DNA of 64,000 nt from Octopus sinensis (taxonomy: Eukaryota). The notes beneath the pieces were generated by a model. It was not told the DNA's origin and did not search any database. It worked only from the letters and a program-made list of their open reading frames with translations. Of this stretch, positions 1-13,084 are shown one piece after another. The position numbers were made by a program, and so were the translations under genes. The stretch is from positions 89,342,001 to 89,406,000 of the forward strand of contig NC_043001.1 in NCBI RefSeq assembly GCF_006345805.1, read 5' to 3'. Position 1 is the first letter of the stretch. The number at the start of each line of letters is the position of its first letter.

Positions 1-1079
1 AAATCTGCAACAATGATTAAACAAGTGAAAGGAATACTTCCAGAACCTTTATAGAAATTCCCCAGCAGTCTTCGGTAGAACCACCAATAGTAACCACTAT
101 ACCATGTTCTTGATAGGTATAAACTCCATAAATCTCAGGATGTATGTTGTGACAATGTGGTGTGTGTACAAGTGTGTATTGTGATGGTGAGGGTTGGGAA
201 GGTCAACAATGCATAAATCTTATGACCACCCTTTGAGACTCCTCATTTAAAAATTTTCCTTGCCTTATAATCTACTCCACTTATACAGATCCTATCCCAC
301 CTCTATTCTCATGTACACTCTACTTATAAATTAACTCCAATGTAAGCCCACCTCAGCTTGGTGTACCCTTTACAACTAACCACTTTGACTCAATATACTT
401 TATCGTGTGTGTATAATACTTAGTTACAATGCCATCCCATCTATTCCTACCTCTACTCTGTTGACCCTTTACACACACAAAAACAATAACTTCTTCATAA
501 GAAATCATAAAGTTAATCTACCTATAACCTAAATACCCTCAGAGTAGCCATGAAGACTGCAACTCCCTAACTTCCAATCTCCCTACCCCAAGCATACACA
601 CCCTGAAACTCTAATGGGGTAGGAGGTAACTATATAAATCATTATTCCTATTCACACTGTTGTTTAGAGAGACATATACAACAGTGCAGATAAGGAGTAT
701 CAATATAATGAAAGGGAGGTGGGAGAGGGACTTTCCTTCTTGATAAGACCAGATGAAGGTCAAAGTAAATATATCTGTAAATAAATCACCAGATTGTTAA
801 GACAAACAAGGCTCTGAATAAATAGCTTATCAGAGGACATGCTGAGCTGAAATATAAAGGTGGACAAATACCCGAGTCAGAAGCAGAGTAATATATATAT
901 AATTTAAGTTCTCCAGAATTTTTATTTAAAATACAGGTCTGGAGCTATACTCGGCTGCATAAGACTATTAGGAAATATTTCAAAACAGTAGGTTGCAAGT
1001 ATTGGCTTTGGTTCAACATATAGGAATTTTTCATGTTTTTAGCATGTTTAATATGTCTTGAACCAAAACTAACACTTAC

Positions 1080-1109
1080 AACCTACAGCCAACTTTATAG
1101 GAGGTGACT
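1080..1109 (-). CDS. Candidate 30-nt phase 1/1 microexon (ESPPIKLAVG)
   Basis: Acceptor ttatgtctctttag| and donor TT|GTAAGT, with an open frame after the 6193 exon. It could be a chance occurrence. Confidence 0.2.
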
Positions 1110-1603
1110 CTAAAGAGACATAACTAAATACTGTGAGATACCAAATCTAATTCTCAACTAAATATTGCAGAGATGAAATGGTTAAATAGGAAACATATTG
1201 AGGTACCTACCCAGAGATAATTAGTTCAAATCTGCTGATGATCTTTTGGTGTTTCTGGGCAAAACACTTTGCCTTCTGTTTCTGTAGTACACCTAGCTGT
1301 CAGAAACAAGAGCCATATAGACCAGCAATAAACTGGAATACAATCCAGAAGCAGATTTGTCTCATTTACAAGCTCCATTTGGGAGTCTTACAAAGTTATT
1401 TACATTTGATTAGTTTTCTTTTTATTCCCAAAATATATTTTCTCCATAATAATATCTGAGCACTAAAATGGTTCGAGAAATACATTCCTTGAGAATTTCT
1501 GCCACCTTCTCACCCTTCCTCAACATTAATGCTACAAGACTTCAAAGAACTTGGCTGAGATAACCAACATCTCGTAAGGTCATTAACAGCAACCTGTTTT
1601 CAG

Positions 1604-1882
1604 CTACGTAAGTCTTAACAGCAATTTAGAGAGAACAGGCACACATTGTAACCAAAACTGTAGCACAAGAGAATGCAAAGACCTACTTTTTGGCAATGTG
1701 ATGGTGCTAAACAAAACAGCAACATTTGTTATCAATCTCATAATTGGAGATAAGCGAAATAATGCCAGACCCTCCAAAACTGAATAAATAGGAATAACCA
1801 GGTTAATATAGTTAATGTTCTGTTTAAACAGTTGAAGCTCAGTGGTTTGGGGGATGGTATCAAAAATGAGGGAATTCTGCAA
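1604..1882 (-). mobile_element. Decayed L2/CR1-type LINE, C-terminal part of the RT
   Basis: LEGLALFRLSPIMRLITNVAVLFSTITLPKSRSLHSLVLQFWLQC resembles the L2/CR1 motif LAGLP...LQRVQNAAARL...HITPLLxxLHWLPV. Confidence 0.4.
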
Positions 1883-4131
1883 AGATTCAATTCTAGGGTA
1901 GAAAAGTTAGACAAAGTGCTTGGTGCAAGTTCTAGTGGGGTGAGGACAGGGCATAGATGAAAGAATATTTGAGGTTGCAGTAAAAATCATGTAATTGATG
2001 ACGTTAACATAAATATACTACAGTGAAATAAGAATGTTTTGAAAGCATGACCCATCAAGTATTTCATTAAAAATAGACTTATTAAAATTCATTATAATTG
2101 AACTTAATATACTGTCAACATAGAATTGAATAGTCAATACATTTTTACATTTAGACAAAACAAAACATACTTATATAGAGAGAGTAAATGGAGGAGAATT
2201 AAAATGTGAATATCCTTTGGGTTTCCTAAATGATGCCCTGGAGGAGTGATTACCACTATATTATCATCATCATTGTCTTTATGTCCACTTTTTCATGCCT
2301 GCATGGGTCAGATGGAGTTCAACAAGGCTGGTTTTCTACTGCAAAATGCTCTTCATGTTGTCAACCCTAACTTATTTCCATGCAAGGTAACACATATACA
2401 CACATGATGAGGAGCTACTTTCAGTTTCTATCTACCAAAACTGTTCACAAGGCTTTGGTTGACATGGAGCTATATTTATACCCTTGATATTTATACCCTT
2501 GATATTAACTCTGTGTAAGTCAGCAAGCTGGATAATCGTTAGAGTGTCAGAAAGGTGCTTTATGATAATTATTCCTGTGTTTTATGTTCTGAGTTCAAAT
2601 CCACTGAGGTCAAGCTTTACCTCTACAGAGGTCAACTTTTTATTTCCAGATCAATAAAATACAATATTACTCAAGTATAGCAACCATTGGTATCAATTAA
2701 TACCCTCCTGCCAAAATCGATGTCTTTGTGCCTAAATTAGAAGTATGTGGTTAACAAGTTTGCTTCCCAACAAGATTGTGGGTTCAATCTATGGAGGGAA
2801 AGTGTCTTCTACTATAGCCCCAGGCTGACCAAAGCTTTATAAGTGGATTTGGTAGATATTAATTGAAAAAGCCCATCATATATGTATATATGTGTATGTG
2901 TGAGTGTGTGTGTGCATGTTTGTCTCCTTATCTTGACATCGCATGACTGACATACATAAATGTCACTCACTTCCAATTTTCAGTGAAAACATGTCTGGCT
3001 TTGGGAAAATATTACCATATTACCTGTCTTGGAAACAGACAGCAACAGGAAGGGCATACAGACAAAAAATCTGTCCCCAATAAACTCTATCCAACCCATA
3101 TAAGCATGGCAAACAGGACGTTATGATGATGGCGGCGGCGCCGCGTGTGTGTGTGTGTGTGTGTTTATATATAAACTGCATCCAGTAGTGAAGATCCAGT
3201 TCAGGAGTTCTGGAGTTGTAGCAAGCATGGCATAACCTCTTAATTGCTATTACCCCCAGGTCCATTCTGACCCAGAATAAGTCTCTGTCAGGGTCTCATC
3301 TATGGATTACATAGATTTCCTAGGGGTAGAGGAGACACCTGTTATTTTTGACAAAGCCATGAGGATGGAAATTCTTCCAAGAGAAAGATACTCTGTCATA
3401 AAACTTGCAGTCAAAACAGTACCAGTCATCTTGCCATGACTATCACTGGAACCTACCATGATGACCAAGGGAGTGGTAAAAGTACCGTACTGGTTTTTGC
3501 CATTTAAATCCAATGACATACAGATGACTCACTATCATTTCATTTCTTGATCCATTTTGTATTTTATAGAGACTTAAAGCAATAAATGTGTAGCACGAAA
3601 AGTCACATTCGCACATATATAGCAATAAAAATAAATCTGAACAATCAGGCTGAACATGAGATGGCTATCATCTGACAAGATGAGGCAATCATCATACATG
3701 CATGCACACATGCACACACACATTCACACAAGGACAGTAAGGATTAAATTGTGTTGCATTAATAAGCTGATACCTCATACACCCAGATGGTCTTTCTTTT
3801 TAATAATTTTGTTTCATGTGCAGGTGGTCTGTGGGGGGGTAGTCTATGTACAGATCCATTACAATGTTAAGTGCCACTGTTTTGTGTTCTTTGTATCTTA
3901 TTGTAGTTTACTATGAATAGTGATTAGGGCCCTAGGCAGGGCTGGCATAATAAATGATAGAACTAAGGCATTGTCTGCCACTTTTTTTTTCTTTCTATTG
4001 GCTAAATATGGTTTCTGTGACTGCTCTACATATATTTATGTTGTTTTGCTTTCCCTAGCATGTCTGCTATGTGAATTGTGAATGTTGTGGAGTGGTTGTG
4101 TATAACTTTCAGTATTTTTCTTCCTTCCGAG

Positions 4132-4170
<39 letters not shown>

Positions 4171-5559
4171 TATGTTTATATTGTTGGGTATGATGGCTAG
4201 TTGTAGTTGGTGCTTTCTATTATGGCTGGCTATGGAAGACAGTGGATTTTTAGGAAGTGCTACTCTAAGTCTGTTATTCTGGAACCAGGTGTCTGGGTGA
4301 CTAATGTAAGGAGTGGGTAGTTGTGCAACTGGTGGAAAGATATGAATCTGATGTCAGCTGCTTAGGAAGCTCTGTCTGCCTCTGTGTGTGTGTGTGTGTG
4401 TGGTGTGTGTGTGTGTGTGTGCTTGCACGTGTTTGGAGTATGTGGTGGTGGTGGTGGTGGGGTTAATGTACATCATCATCAGCATCATTTAACATCCATT
4501 TTCCATGCTGGCATGGATTAGATGTATAGTTTGTATAGTTTGAAAAGAGTGAGTGACAGGACAGACTCTAGAATCAGTACCTCAATTGCAAAAATTGCAA
4601 ATTGCAGAATTATTGGTTTTTGTACACTAGACAGTTTGTTAAAAATTTTGTTATTCCTTGGAAAGGATATTGAGCTTTGTACATGTTGAGCTGGTAATGA
4701 GGTCAATCTAATGATGTCAGTGATATGAATGGTACATGTATTTTTATATTGTTGAAATCATAATGTCTCCACTGTGTTAGATTCATGAATGATGTAGTGG
4801 ATGGCTGAAGTGGATTGACTACATGCTGAAATCCGGAGAAGGAAATGTGTGGGTTGATTTAAGTGTGACTAAGACTGTAATTAGAGTATGCATTTACAAT
4901 ATTTACAACTAATGATTTCAAATGGTTTTGTCTGTGATAGTGATACAGTGTTTTAATCATGGCTATTTTTCACAGTTCCAATTTAAATCAAGGGTAATAA
5001 ACTGCTTACGAATTAAGTCTCATGGCTTAGTTAATTACAACTAAAATGAATAAACTTTTTACAATTTACATTTGAACAGTACTTTACATACATATAAATA
5101 TATATATACACACACATGCACATGCAATCAAACATACATATACACACACATGCATACATACACACACATACATACAAACACACACCTATACATATATATA
5201 CATACACATACAGACACACATACACGCATACATATATAGAAATATATGCATAAGTGTATATGTATGCGTATGTGATTTAAATTTAAATTGCATGACATAT
5301 AACTAGCATTTAGAATTCCATGAGTATTCTTTTACATCAAAACAGAAAGCTATGAGAACTTGTATTACAGTCCAAGTTTTCTTCCACTGGTTATTGATAG
5401 TAGTTCCAGTCACTGATACCATAACATTACCTAAAGTCCATTATAAATCTAAGAAGTTATTTAAGTGCGCTGCATAATCTCTGATGATTTCATAATGTAA
5501 TCTGTTTACAAGGTTTTCCTTATATAACGGATATTATTATTATCAAAAAATATTTATTA

Positions 5560-6050
5560 ACAACAGGAAGACATGGGATGAGGTGGTGAAGCATACCTTT
5601 GAACATTGGGCCTCACAGAGGCAATGATAGGAGACCGAGACCATTGGAGATACGCTGTGATTGAGAAGACCCAGCAACTAAAGTGAGATCGCAGCCATGG
5701 CTGTTGCATGTCCGGCCCATTTAAGAGTACCCTTGATGCGTCGGGCGATATGATGTCTGAGAAGACCTGTTGAGTCAAGTAAAACCAAAATCGTAGCTGT
5801 GGCCAGTGACCCCTGACTGGCTCCTGTTTTGGTAGCACATAAAATGCATCATCCGAACATGGTCGATGCCAGTGTCCCCTGACTGGCTCCCATGCGAGTG
5901 GCATGTAAAAAGCATTATCCAATTTTGATCAATGCCAGAACCACCTGACTGGCTCCTGTGCCAGTGGCACATAAAAAGCACCATCCAAACATGGTCGATG
6001 CCAGTACTCCCTGACTGGCTCCCATGCCGGTAACACATAAAAAGCACTAT
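5560..6050. mobile_element. SINE-like repeat body containing a 66-bp tandem array (5803-6047)
   Basis: Units start with CCAG at 5803, 5869, 5935 and 6001. The flanking sequence is shared with elements at 30400-30720 and 43495-43950. Confidence 0.7.
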
Positions 6051-6192
6051 TCTAAGAGTGTTGCAAATTCAGTTATAGAAAATATAGAAGTGACAACAGG
6101 TTAGCAATGTACTACTGGCTGATGTCAGGATTACCTACAAAATGGCAGCAGTAGCAGCTACTTATTAGATTAGAGAGGAAATGAGAACTTAC

Positions 6193-6240
6193 CTATTTTG
6201 GCTTCAGCATATGGTTGGACTAACCCAAACAGCAAGACAA
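6193..6240 (-). CDS. 48-nt internal coding exon (phase 1/1) encoding VVLLFGLVQPYAEAKI, the second half of the signal/TM segment
   Basis: Strong acceptor tttatttccatttcag| and donor AAATAG|GTAAGT. The frame is open after the G|TT junction with the exon at 38984, giving a continuous hydrophobic stretch that ends in an A-x-A (AEA) cleavage motif. Confidence 0.75.
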
Positions 6241-6946
6241 CTGAAATGGAAATAAATTACATTTAATTATTCACAATATCTCAACAGTTGGTTAATTACT
6301 TTTTACACCAACATGTGTGTGTGTGTGTGTGTGTGTGCGCGCACGTGCATACATGCATGCTCCAAATGTTTGGTTTGCAATCACAGATCCAAATTCAATC
6401 TCACCAAGCAGCATTTTAGGCGTCTTCTACAGCCTCTGATTGTATGTGTGAATAATTATAAATATATACCAAAATCTATATAAACACACTTATTATATAT
6501 ATGTGCTTGTGCGTGTGCATGTATATCCTAGTTTGCTGTAAGCTTGTTGTAAGAAGTGGCCTAAAAGTGTTGGCAGCAGGAAGAGTATCATATTTGGGTT
6601 TTTTTTTTTAGTAAGGAGCATGTTCAGGTTTTCGTCCTATTGGTTGAGTATATTTTCATTTGCTGTGTTTTTACATTTATTCATGGAAGGACTTCTTTTG
6701 TGTGCATAGAAAATATTCTGCATATCAAAGTTTTTAAATTCATTCTTTAGCACATTCTTTTGTGCATATGTCCTGTTTAATAAAACAGGGAGGATTCTTG
6801 TTTTTCAGTTCTTTTTAGTCTTACTTGTTTACATGAAAATTATGGAATTTAAAAATATCAATGCAATCAAACAACATATAGAAAAGAACATGCTCACATT
6901 TATGTGTGTGTGTATAAAACAAAACATATTCTAAATCATAGCAGTA

Positions 6947-6987
6947 CTTGCCTGATGATTGCACTGACATGAAACTTGAGTCTCAAG
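6947..6987 (+). ncRNA. Hammerhead-like relic with an intact core but weakened helices
   Basis: CTTGC-CTGATGA-ttgcactgacat-GAAA-CTTGAG-TC-TCAAG. CTTGAG is one CpG transition away from the palindrome CTCGAG. The closing pairs of helices I and II are mismatched. Confidence 0.4.
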
Positions 6988-7089
6988 AAAAGAATTCACT
7001 TTAAATAAACTATATATTCTACAATGTGTATTGAGTACCCTCGTCCTCATTCATCCAACAAAAATCAGTTCTAATATGTTTGAATGCTA

Positions 7090-7470
7090 TATCATCGTGG
7101 CACTCCATCGGTTACGACGATGAGGGTTCCATTTGATCCAATCAACGGAACAGTCTGCTTGTGAAATTAACATGCAAGTGGTTGAGCACTCCACAGACAC
7201 GTGTACCCCTTCACATACTTCTCAGGAAGATTCAGTGTGACACAGAGTGTGCCAAGGTTGGCCCTTTGAAATACAGGTACAACAGAAACAGGAAGAAAGA
7301 GTGAGAGAAAGTCGTGGTGAAAAAGTATAGCAGGGTTCGCCACCCCCCCCCCCCTGCCGGAGCCTCATGGAGCTTTAGGTATTTTCACTCAATAAACACT
7401 CACAATGCCTGGTCTCGCAATCGAAACCTCAATCCTACAACTGCGAGTCTGCTGCCCTAACCACTGGGCC
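7090..7470 (-). mobile_element. tRNA-derived SINE; related copies lie near 37915-38110 and 51855-51985
   Basis: tRNA-like head on the minus strand (TGGCCCAGTGGTTAG, then GGTTTCGATT). The block gtgagagaaag...caataaacactc is shared with 51860-51960. Confidence 0.6.
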
Positions 7471-7879
7471 ATTACACATCCACAAATGCTATATATAGGA
7501 AAGAAGATAAGTCCCTGCTATTGTCATGGAAATAGCTAAACTGAACAAGCAGGAAGGGGTAGGTTGGAACTCCATACAATGTATCCAATGTAACTAATGG
7601 ATACACAAGAGAGGTGGGATCACAAAGAAGGTGTCCTTCATATGAAATATATGCACAAATGCAGAAAACACTAAGAGTACATATGAAACAGAGAATCTGT
7701 TTCATATCTTAGACCAACCCTCAAAAAATATTGATAGTCCTTCTTATCTTAGTGATCTAATGAGCAGTGGAGATACTTGCTTTGAAAGCATAGTGACCAG
7801 GTGCTGGCATAAAGAGTTTCTCTAAGAGTGAAAAGCAGATTATATGAAGCTTGTATAGGAAGTACAATATTGCATAGTA

Positions 7880-8200
7880 GTGAAACATAAAACTTGAATG
7901 CAGAGCATTAGTAAAAAACGAGGAAGAAATGAAATAAGCATGCTCTGCATGATGTGTAATGTTAGTGTTCCTGAATCAAGCAATAGAAATGAGCTGAGAG
8001 AAAAACAAGATATAGAATCAGATGAAGTGTATAAGAGGGAAGACTGCAGTGATGTTGATATGTGATACATATAGAGGATGAAGGCTGTATAAAGAAATGC
8101 TACATACTTCAAAGTGATAACACCTATGGAAGAGGGGTCACAAAGAAAGACTTGGAACAAATTGGCAAAGTCTGTTTTCAAAATGTTGCATTTCAAGGAG
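7880..8200 (+). mobile_element. RTE-clade LINE fragment (C-terminal part of the RT)
   Basis: RNEISMLCMMCNVSV...ELREK...CIKKC...RKTW, the same family as 33200-33580 and 43900-45420. Confidence 0.6.
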
Positions 8201-8559
8201 GAAATGACAAAAACTCTGTTGACTAGCAATCTGTGGTACTTGAGAAGATTTGACCTCAGAAAACCCAACCAGCAATGCCAGTTTGGCAGAACAAATGTTA
8301 CAAAAATAATGGTAGTAATGCTGACTGAGATATATGTACTGCTAAGACCACTATTGTTGTTTCCACAATACTTTATTACCCTCTCATCCCACTATTGCTC
8401 ACTTCCTTATCACTCTTGCTAATCATTGGTAGAGGACCTGCCTACTTTCTATTTTCCTCCTATTACCATCATCATTCAGCCAGGGACCATCTTGAAAGTT
8501 TAAGAATAGACTACAGTGGATCAGTTGTGCCCAATAAACTCTACTTTATTTTCACTCTT

Positions 8560-9060
8560 ATACTGCTTGTCATTACCCCATCTCACTGTATCTTCATTCC
8601 TTTGCTTCTTTCCTCCTCCATCCTGATTCTTTGTCATCGCTCCATCCCCAGAGTCATGGCATCTTCTGTTGCTGCCCTATCCCTATAGCCATGATCTTTA
8701 CCTTGACTACACACACAGCTTAGAACACTGAGGACCCCTACCCATTTGAAAGTTTATGTATAGGAAACTACATTGGACCAATTGTGCCCAGAACAATCTA
8801 TCTTCACACTTCCCTCTTGTTCTGCCAGTCATCACTCTGTCTGCCATTGCACTCTTACTCACTTTATACCACACATCTTGGATCTCTATCTCCTGGATCA
8901 CATTGCCTTCTATCATTGCTCTATCTTCTTAACCATACTACCTTAACTATAAATAAAATCACTCAGAAAACTGAGTACCCCTATCACATCTCCCTATCAT
9001 GCATCCTTCATATCACTTACAACTCATTCATAACTCTATCCCCCATACTTCTTACCCTGT
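8560..9060 (-). mobile_element. RTE-clade LINE 3' fragment
   Basis: ORF 8707-8916 (WYKVSKSAMADRVMTGRTRGK) resembles the RTE motif WFGHVxR...RVMxGxVxGKRxRGRP. Confidence 0.45.
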
Positions 9061-9750
9061 AAAGTGATTGGTGAATGGGCAGATATGAGAGGATCATGAG
9101 GACTCTTTAGATGTGTCAAGGACATAGCAACCTCTCTTGGGTTTGTGCCATGAAAAATGCACCCAGTACACTCGGCTGATGTTAGGAAGGATATCTAATA
9201 GAAAGAAAAAGCCAAAAATGAAGCATGTGAGTGATGTACAGTCTTCCAACCCATTTAGGTGGACAGCATCCCTAATTATGTGATAACTTCCACTGTGATA
9301 ACTCGTGCAACCTATACCAACATGGAAAGTATGGAAAGTAGACATATGATGATGATGATGATGATGATGATGACGATGGCAGCAGCTGTGTGTGTGTGTG
9401 TGTATGCATGTGTGCAAGTGTTTGTTTTTTGAGTGTCTTTACAGTGACACTGTGTAAAAAAAGGTGATGCTGTATACATCTCTTGAAAGTAATGCTATAT
9501 GTAGCTTAACAGTTTCGCCAGTTTTGACATGTGAAGACCAGTGGAAAAAATGCTTTACATGAAAACAAGAGGTAACGAGAAGGGCAATCAAGCCATAGGA
9601 TGCTTACTCAGTAATTTTCTATGCAAGCATAGAAATATATGGACATAAAAACAATGATGCCAAAGAGGATTTGTGTTTGTAGATAGATAGATGTGAGTAG
9701 GTAAGTAGATGGGTATGTGGGTAGATAGACAGACAGACAGATCAGTAAGC

Positions 9751-9793
<43 letters not shown>

Positions 9794-10528
9794 TACAGAG
9801 ACAAACCAAAGTGCACACATACTTAAAAATTAATTGTAATTTAGCTATTTAACTGGTTATAAGAGAGGGAGAAAAAGAGGAAGAGACAGAGAAACAGGGA
9901 AAGGAGTAGAGTGAGATTAAACAAACTAGCTTCATTTTCAAGTAGAATGAGTCAGGTGATCAAGAGAGAAACTAATAGGATTGCATTTCAATTGAGACTA
10001 AAGTCACACACCTTAAAATAGTAACTTATATTATGGACACTTGTGTCCCATTCTGTTTTATCACCATTCAGTAGTTTTAGAATAAAGTCCTCCTAATAAT
10101 AAGCATGCACTGGGTGGGTGTGAGGTAGGTGAGATGTGGATATGGTGACGTGGTGTCTGTTGATGTTTTATATATACATTTTATGTACAAGTGTTAAACT
10201 AATTACATGGTACTGTCACTCACAGACTAATACAACCACCACTACCACCACTACTACTACTATTACTACAAGAATCACTAATGCAACAACCACCATTTCA
10301 ACTACAACAGCTTCTTTTTGTTAGGGTGAACAAAGTCTTCAAAGGTATTGTGACTTGTTTGGAAACAAAACTTAAATCTGACACCAAATTTCTAATTCCT
10401 GTGTCTGCTAATCAAGGATTATACTGCAATTCTGTCTATGGGGAGTGAATTTCAGGGAGACTGTCCAGTTGTAGCAGCAAGAATTATTACTGCCCTTGTC
10501 TCAATCCCTGGGGAAGGTAAAGTACAGT

Positions 10529-11068
10529 TTAACCCTTTAGCACTCAGATTATTATGGTAGGCCCTTTTGAGATATACGGTGTTTTGGTATGTGTAACCAA
10601 AAATATTAAAATGATTTTTCTGTTGAGATTGAAATTGACAGGTGCATGTAGAAATTTCTAAAACAAAGGATAAAGTGCCTAAAACTATTGTATTAGTATG
10701 AAAAACTATATATGTTATATAATTTTATATTATATCTACTGAAAAACGATCTCTGATTGGTTATTACACACCAAAATGTTTGTTTCATTGGGCCAAAGGA
10801 TTGGCCTCAAAGTCTTTTCAGCTTGTATCACTTAGCCTGATCAATCAGCCCAGGTGCCCCAAGAGGGTTAAATGTGATACTTACTTATTCACATTATTTC
10901 AAATTGATCACGCATTATCTTGCAGTTTTGAGATTTCAATGATATGGTTGTTTATTTTCAGTATAACCTCATAAGGTATGCATGAGAGGCCAAATCTGGC
11001 TAGTTTGAACATAGAACAAAGTAGAATATTTGGGCTGGGTATGGCCAGTTTAAATGCTAAAGAGTTAA
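10529..11068. mobile_element. piggyBac-type MITE (family A) with a second MITE of about 306 bp nested at 10562-10867
   Basis: TTAA-CCCTTTAGCA...TGCTAAAGAG-TTAA ends. The insert ends CCCTTTTG...CAAGAGGG-TTAA, and the host sequence resumes as in the intact copies. Confidence 0.75.
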
Positions 11069-11501
11069 GGTACTGTTGACATATAGCTACAGAAGGCTTT
11101 TTTGCAACAATTCCTGATAAACATCAGACATTGTAAAACAATCAAAACCTATTTTCTGAGCAGGGACTACTTACAATCAACACCTCTCCCACATCAATAC
11201 TTGAGAAGGAAAAAAGGATGGGATGAAATGGTGAGGCTAGATTTCCAGATGTTGAGTTTCACAGAAGACAAAAATGAATAGTGATATACAGCACCACAGA
11301 TTACCTAACAGATATCAGCATGGAGAAAACAAGAGTTGGTGGTGGAGAGACTAAAGCTTTGGTTACTACACTTAATCATTAACTATTTTGATACCAACCT
11401 GCCTTAAACCACCTCTGTTTTTGTAATAGAAATGTCTTGTTTTCAAAAGTTGTGAATTAAAATCTTCTACCAAACCTCTGTTACAATTTATGTTCCTAAC
11501 A

Positions 11502-13084
11502 TCTTACTATAATGGGTGTTATGTCCGTTTGTCTGTACCCTCTTCACAGTCAAATGGCTGGACTAATGTTCACAATGTTTTTCAGGATTACAAAGGAAGC
11601 AATCAGGCAGGTTTTTAACAAAAAAAAATGTGAAAAAGTATGATTACTTAGTGGATATTGAGGGTAACTGTTCAGTATACAGGCATAAAAGAAGTAAATA
11701 AAAATTACAGTTGTAAAACAAGTAAAAGGGAAGTCAGTCAACTTACTTCTCCACTGAATTACACCATATATGAAAATTTTAGGTTAAGATAGCTTTATTA
11801 AGGAATGATTGTGATGGCTTTGGCTCATCTTTAATCGGTGTATAAACAGTTACCGATACTGAGTTTTGTATTAATAAATCACCTTTGATATCTATAATAC
11901 ATTAAAAGTCAGTTTGAATTTTGCTTGCTTACTTGCAATGTTATCCAGCCAAACTGGAGTATAATGGGAAAATACTATGAATTAATATTTTGTTTTTGGA
12001 TTTGGTTTGCAAGATTCTAGACACAACAGACTTTGAATTAACTTTACCCTGAAATGCTAATAGGAACGGAATGAAACAAGTTTTGCACAAATTGGAGCAG
12101 TAGTTATTGAGATATTTGGACTTTGGGGTATAAATACCCAAATCGGTGCATAATGGGAAAATGTTCCGAATTTAACTTCATCCTGGAAGGGAAGAAACTC
12201 TAACCTTTTGATGTCACATTCGTTGAAAGCATGCAAAATAACCTGGAAAAGAAAAAAACCCACGAAACAAAACTCCATTGATGGGAAATTCAGTTTCCTG
12301 GTAACCCTATGGGTCACATGTAGTCTATTTTTCTGTTAAAATTCCAGCAATCAGGATTAACTCTGGATTCCACCCCACCCCCATGTATAGTTCATGAATT
12401 TAGAGGGTTTTGATTTGCGATACTATCCCTTTATTTCCCATCATGGATGGGCAGATTGCTAAAGATTCTGCTCATGTATTCACAGCAAAAGAGGCACAAG
12501 GCCAGACTTTAGATCATGTAGGTGTATTTTTACTCACTCCGATGTTTACACACAGCCATTGCTATGAGTAGAGCAATAGACTCCAGTAATTTAAAAATTA
12601 GTGTCAACCAAACAGAAAATATCGTCTACAAAGTAGTTTTGTAATCACATTGATATTATAGAAACAAATATGATTCATAATTTAAATAAGGAAATTTGTG
12701 AACTTTGAATGTATAAAAGTATAAACAAGTGTAAAATAGTGTAAACAACTAAAATAAAAGTATATCTAAATAATATTTTTCTGAAAACTTTTTATGTAGT
12801 GGTCAAAGGAAGCTCAAACTTTCGTTAGGAGTCATCCACATAACCATTCATGATACAGAGGCTGGGAGCCTATTTCAGTTCAGGAGTAAATCATCATCAC
12901 ATCACTTAGTCACAAACACGTCATATAGCTGCAATAGTATGCTGTACCACCAACAATAGTGTGATTTCTCTAAGACATCACCCAGCAATCTATCAAGTCC
13001 ATTTACACATTTCTCAATACATACTGCTGTTATGACTTCCCTCCCTCATTTTATAGCTCCATCGTAGATAGGTAGATTTGCTAC
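11502..13084 (+). mobile_element. Non-autonomous Helitron carrying a remnant of the helicase C-terminus, inserted into a family B MITE
   Basis: It starts A|TCTTACTATAAT and ends CTAC|T (a CTAG variant). Positions 12482-12644 translate, with a frameshift, to TAKEAQGQTLDHVGVFL...AMSRAIDSSNLKISVNQTENIVYKVVL*, matching the Helitron Pif1 helicase end. Confidence 0.8.

Noticed and set aside
3307-3519. 70-aa minus-strand ORF
   Set aside because: It has no splice sites or recognisable domain and adjoins repeat-like sequence.
5803-6047. CRISPR-like regular array
   Set aside because: Whole units repeat, there are no unique spacers and no cas genes, and the context is eukaryotic.
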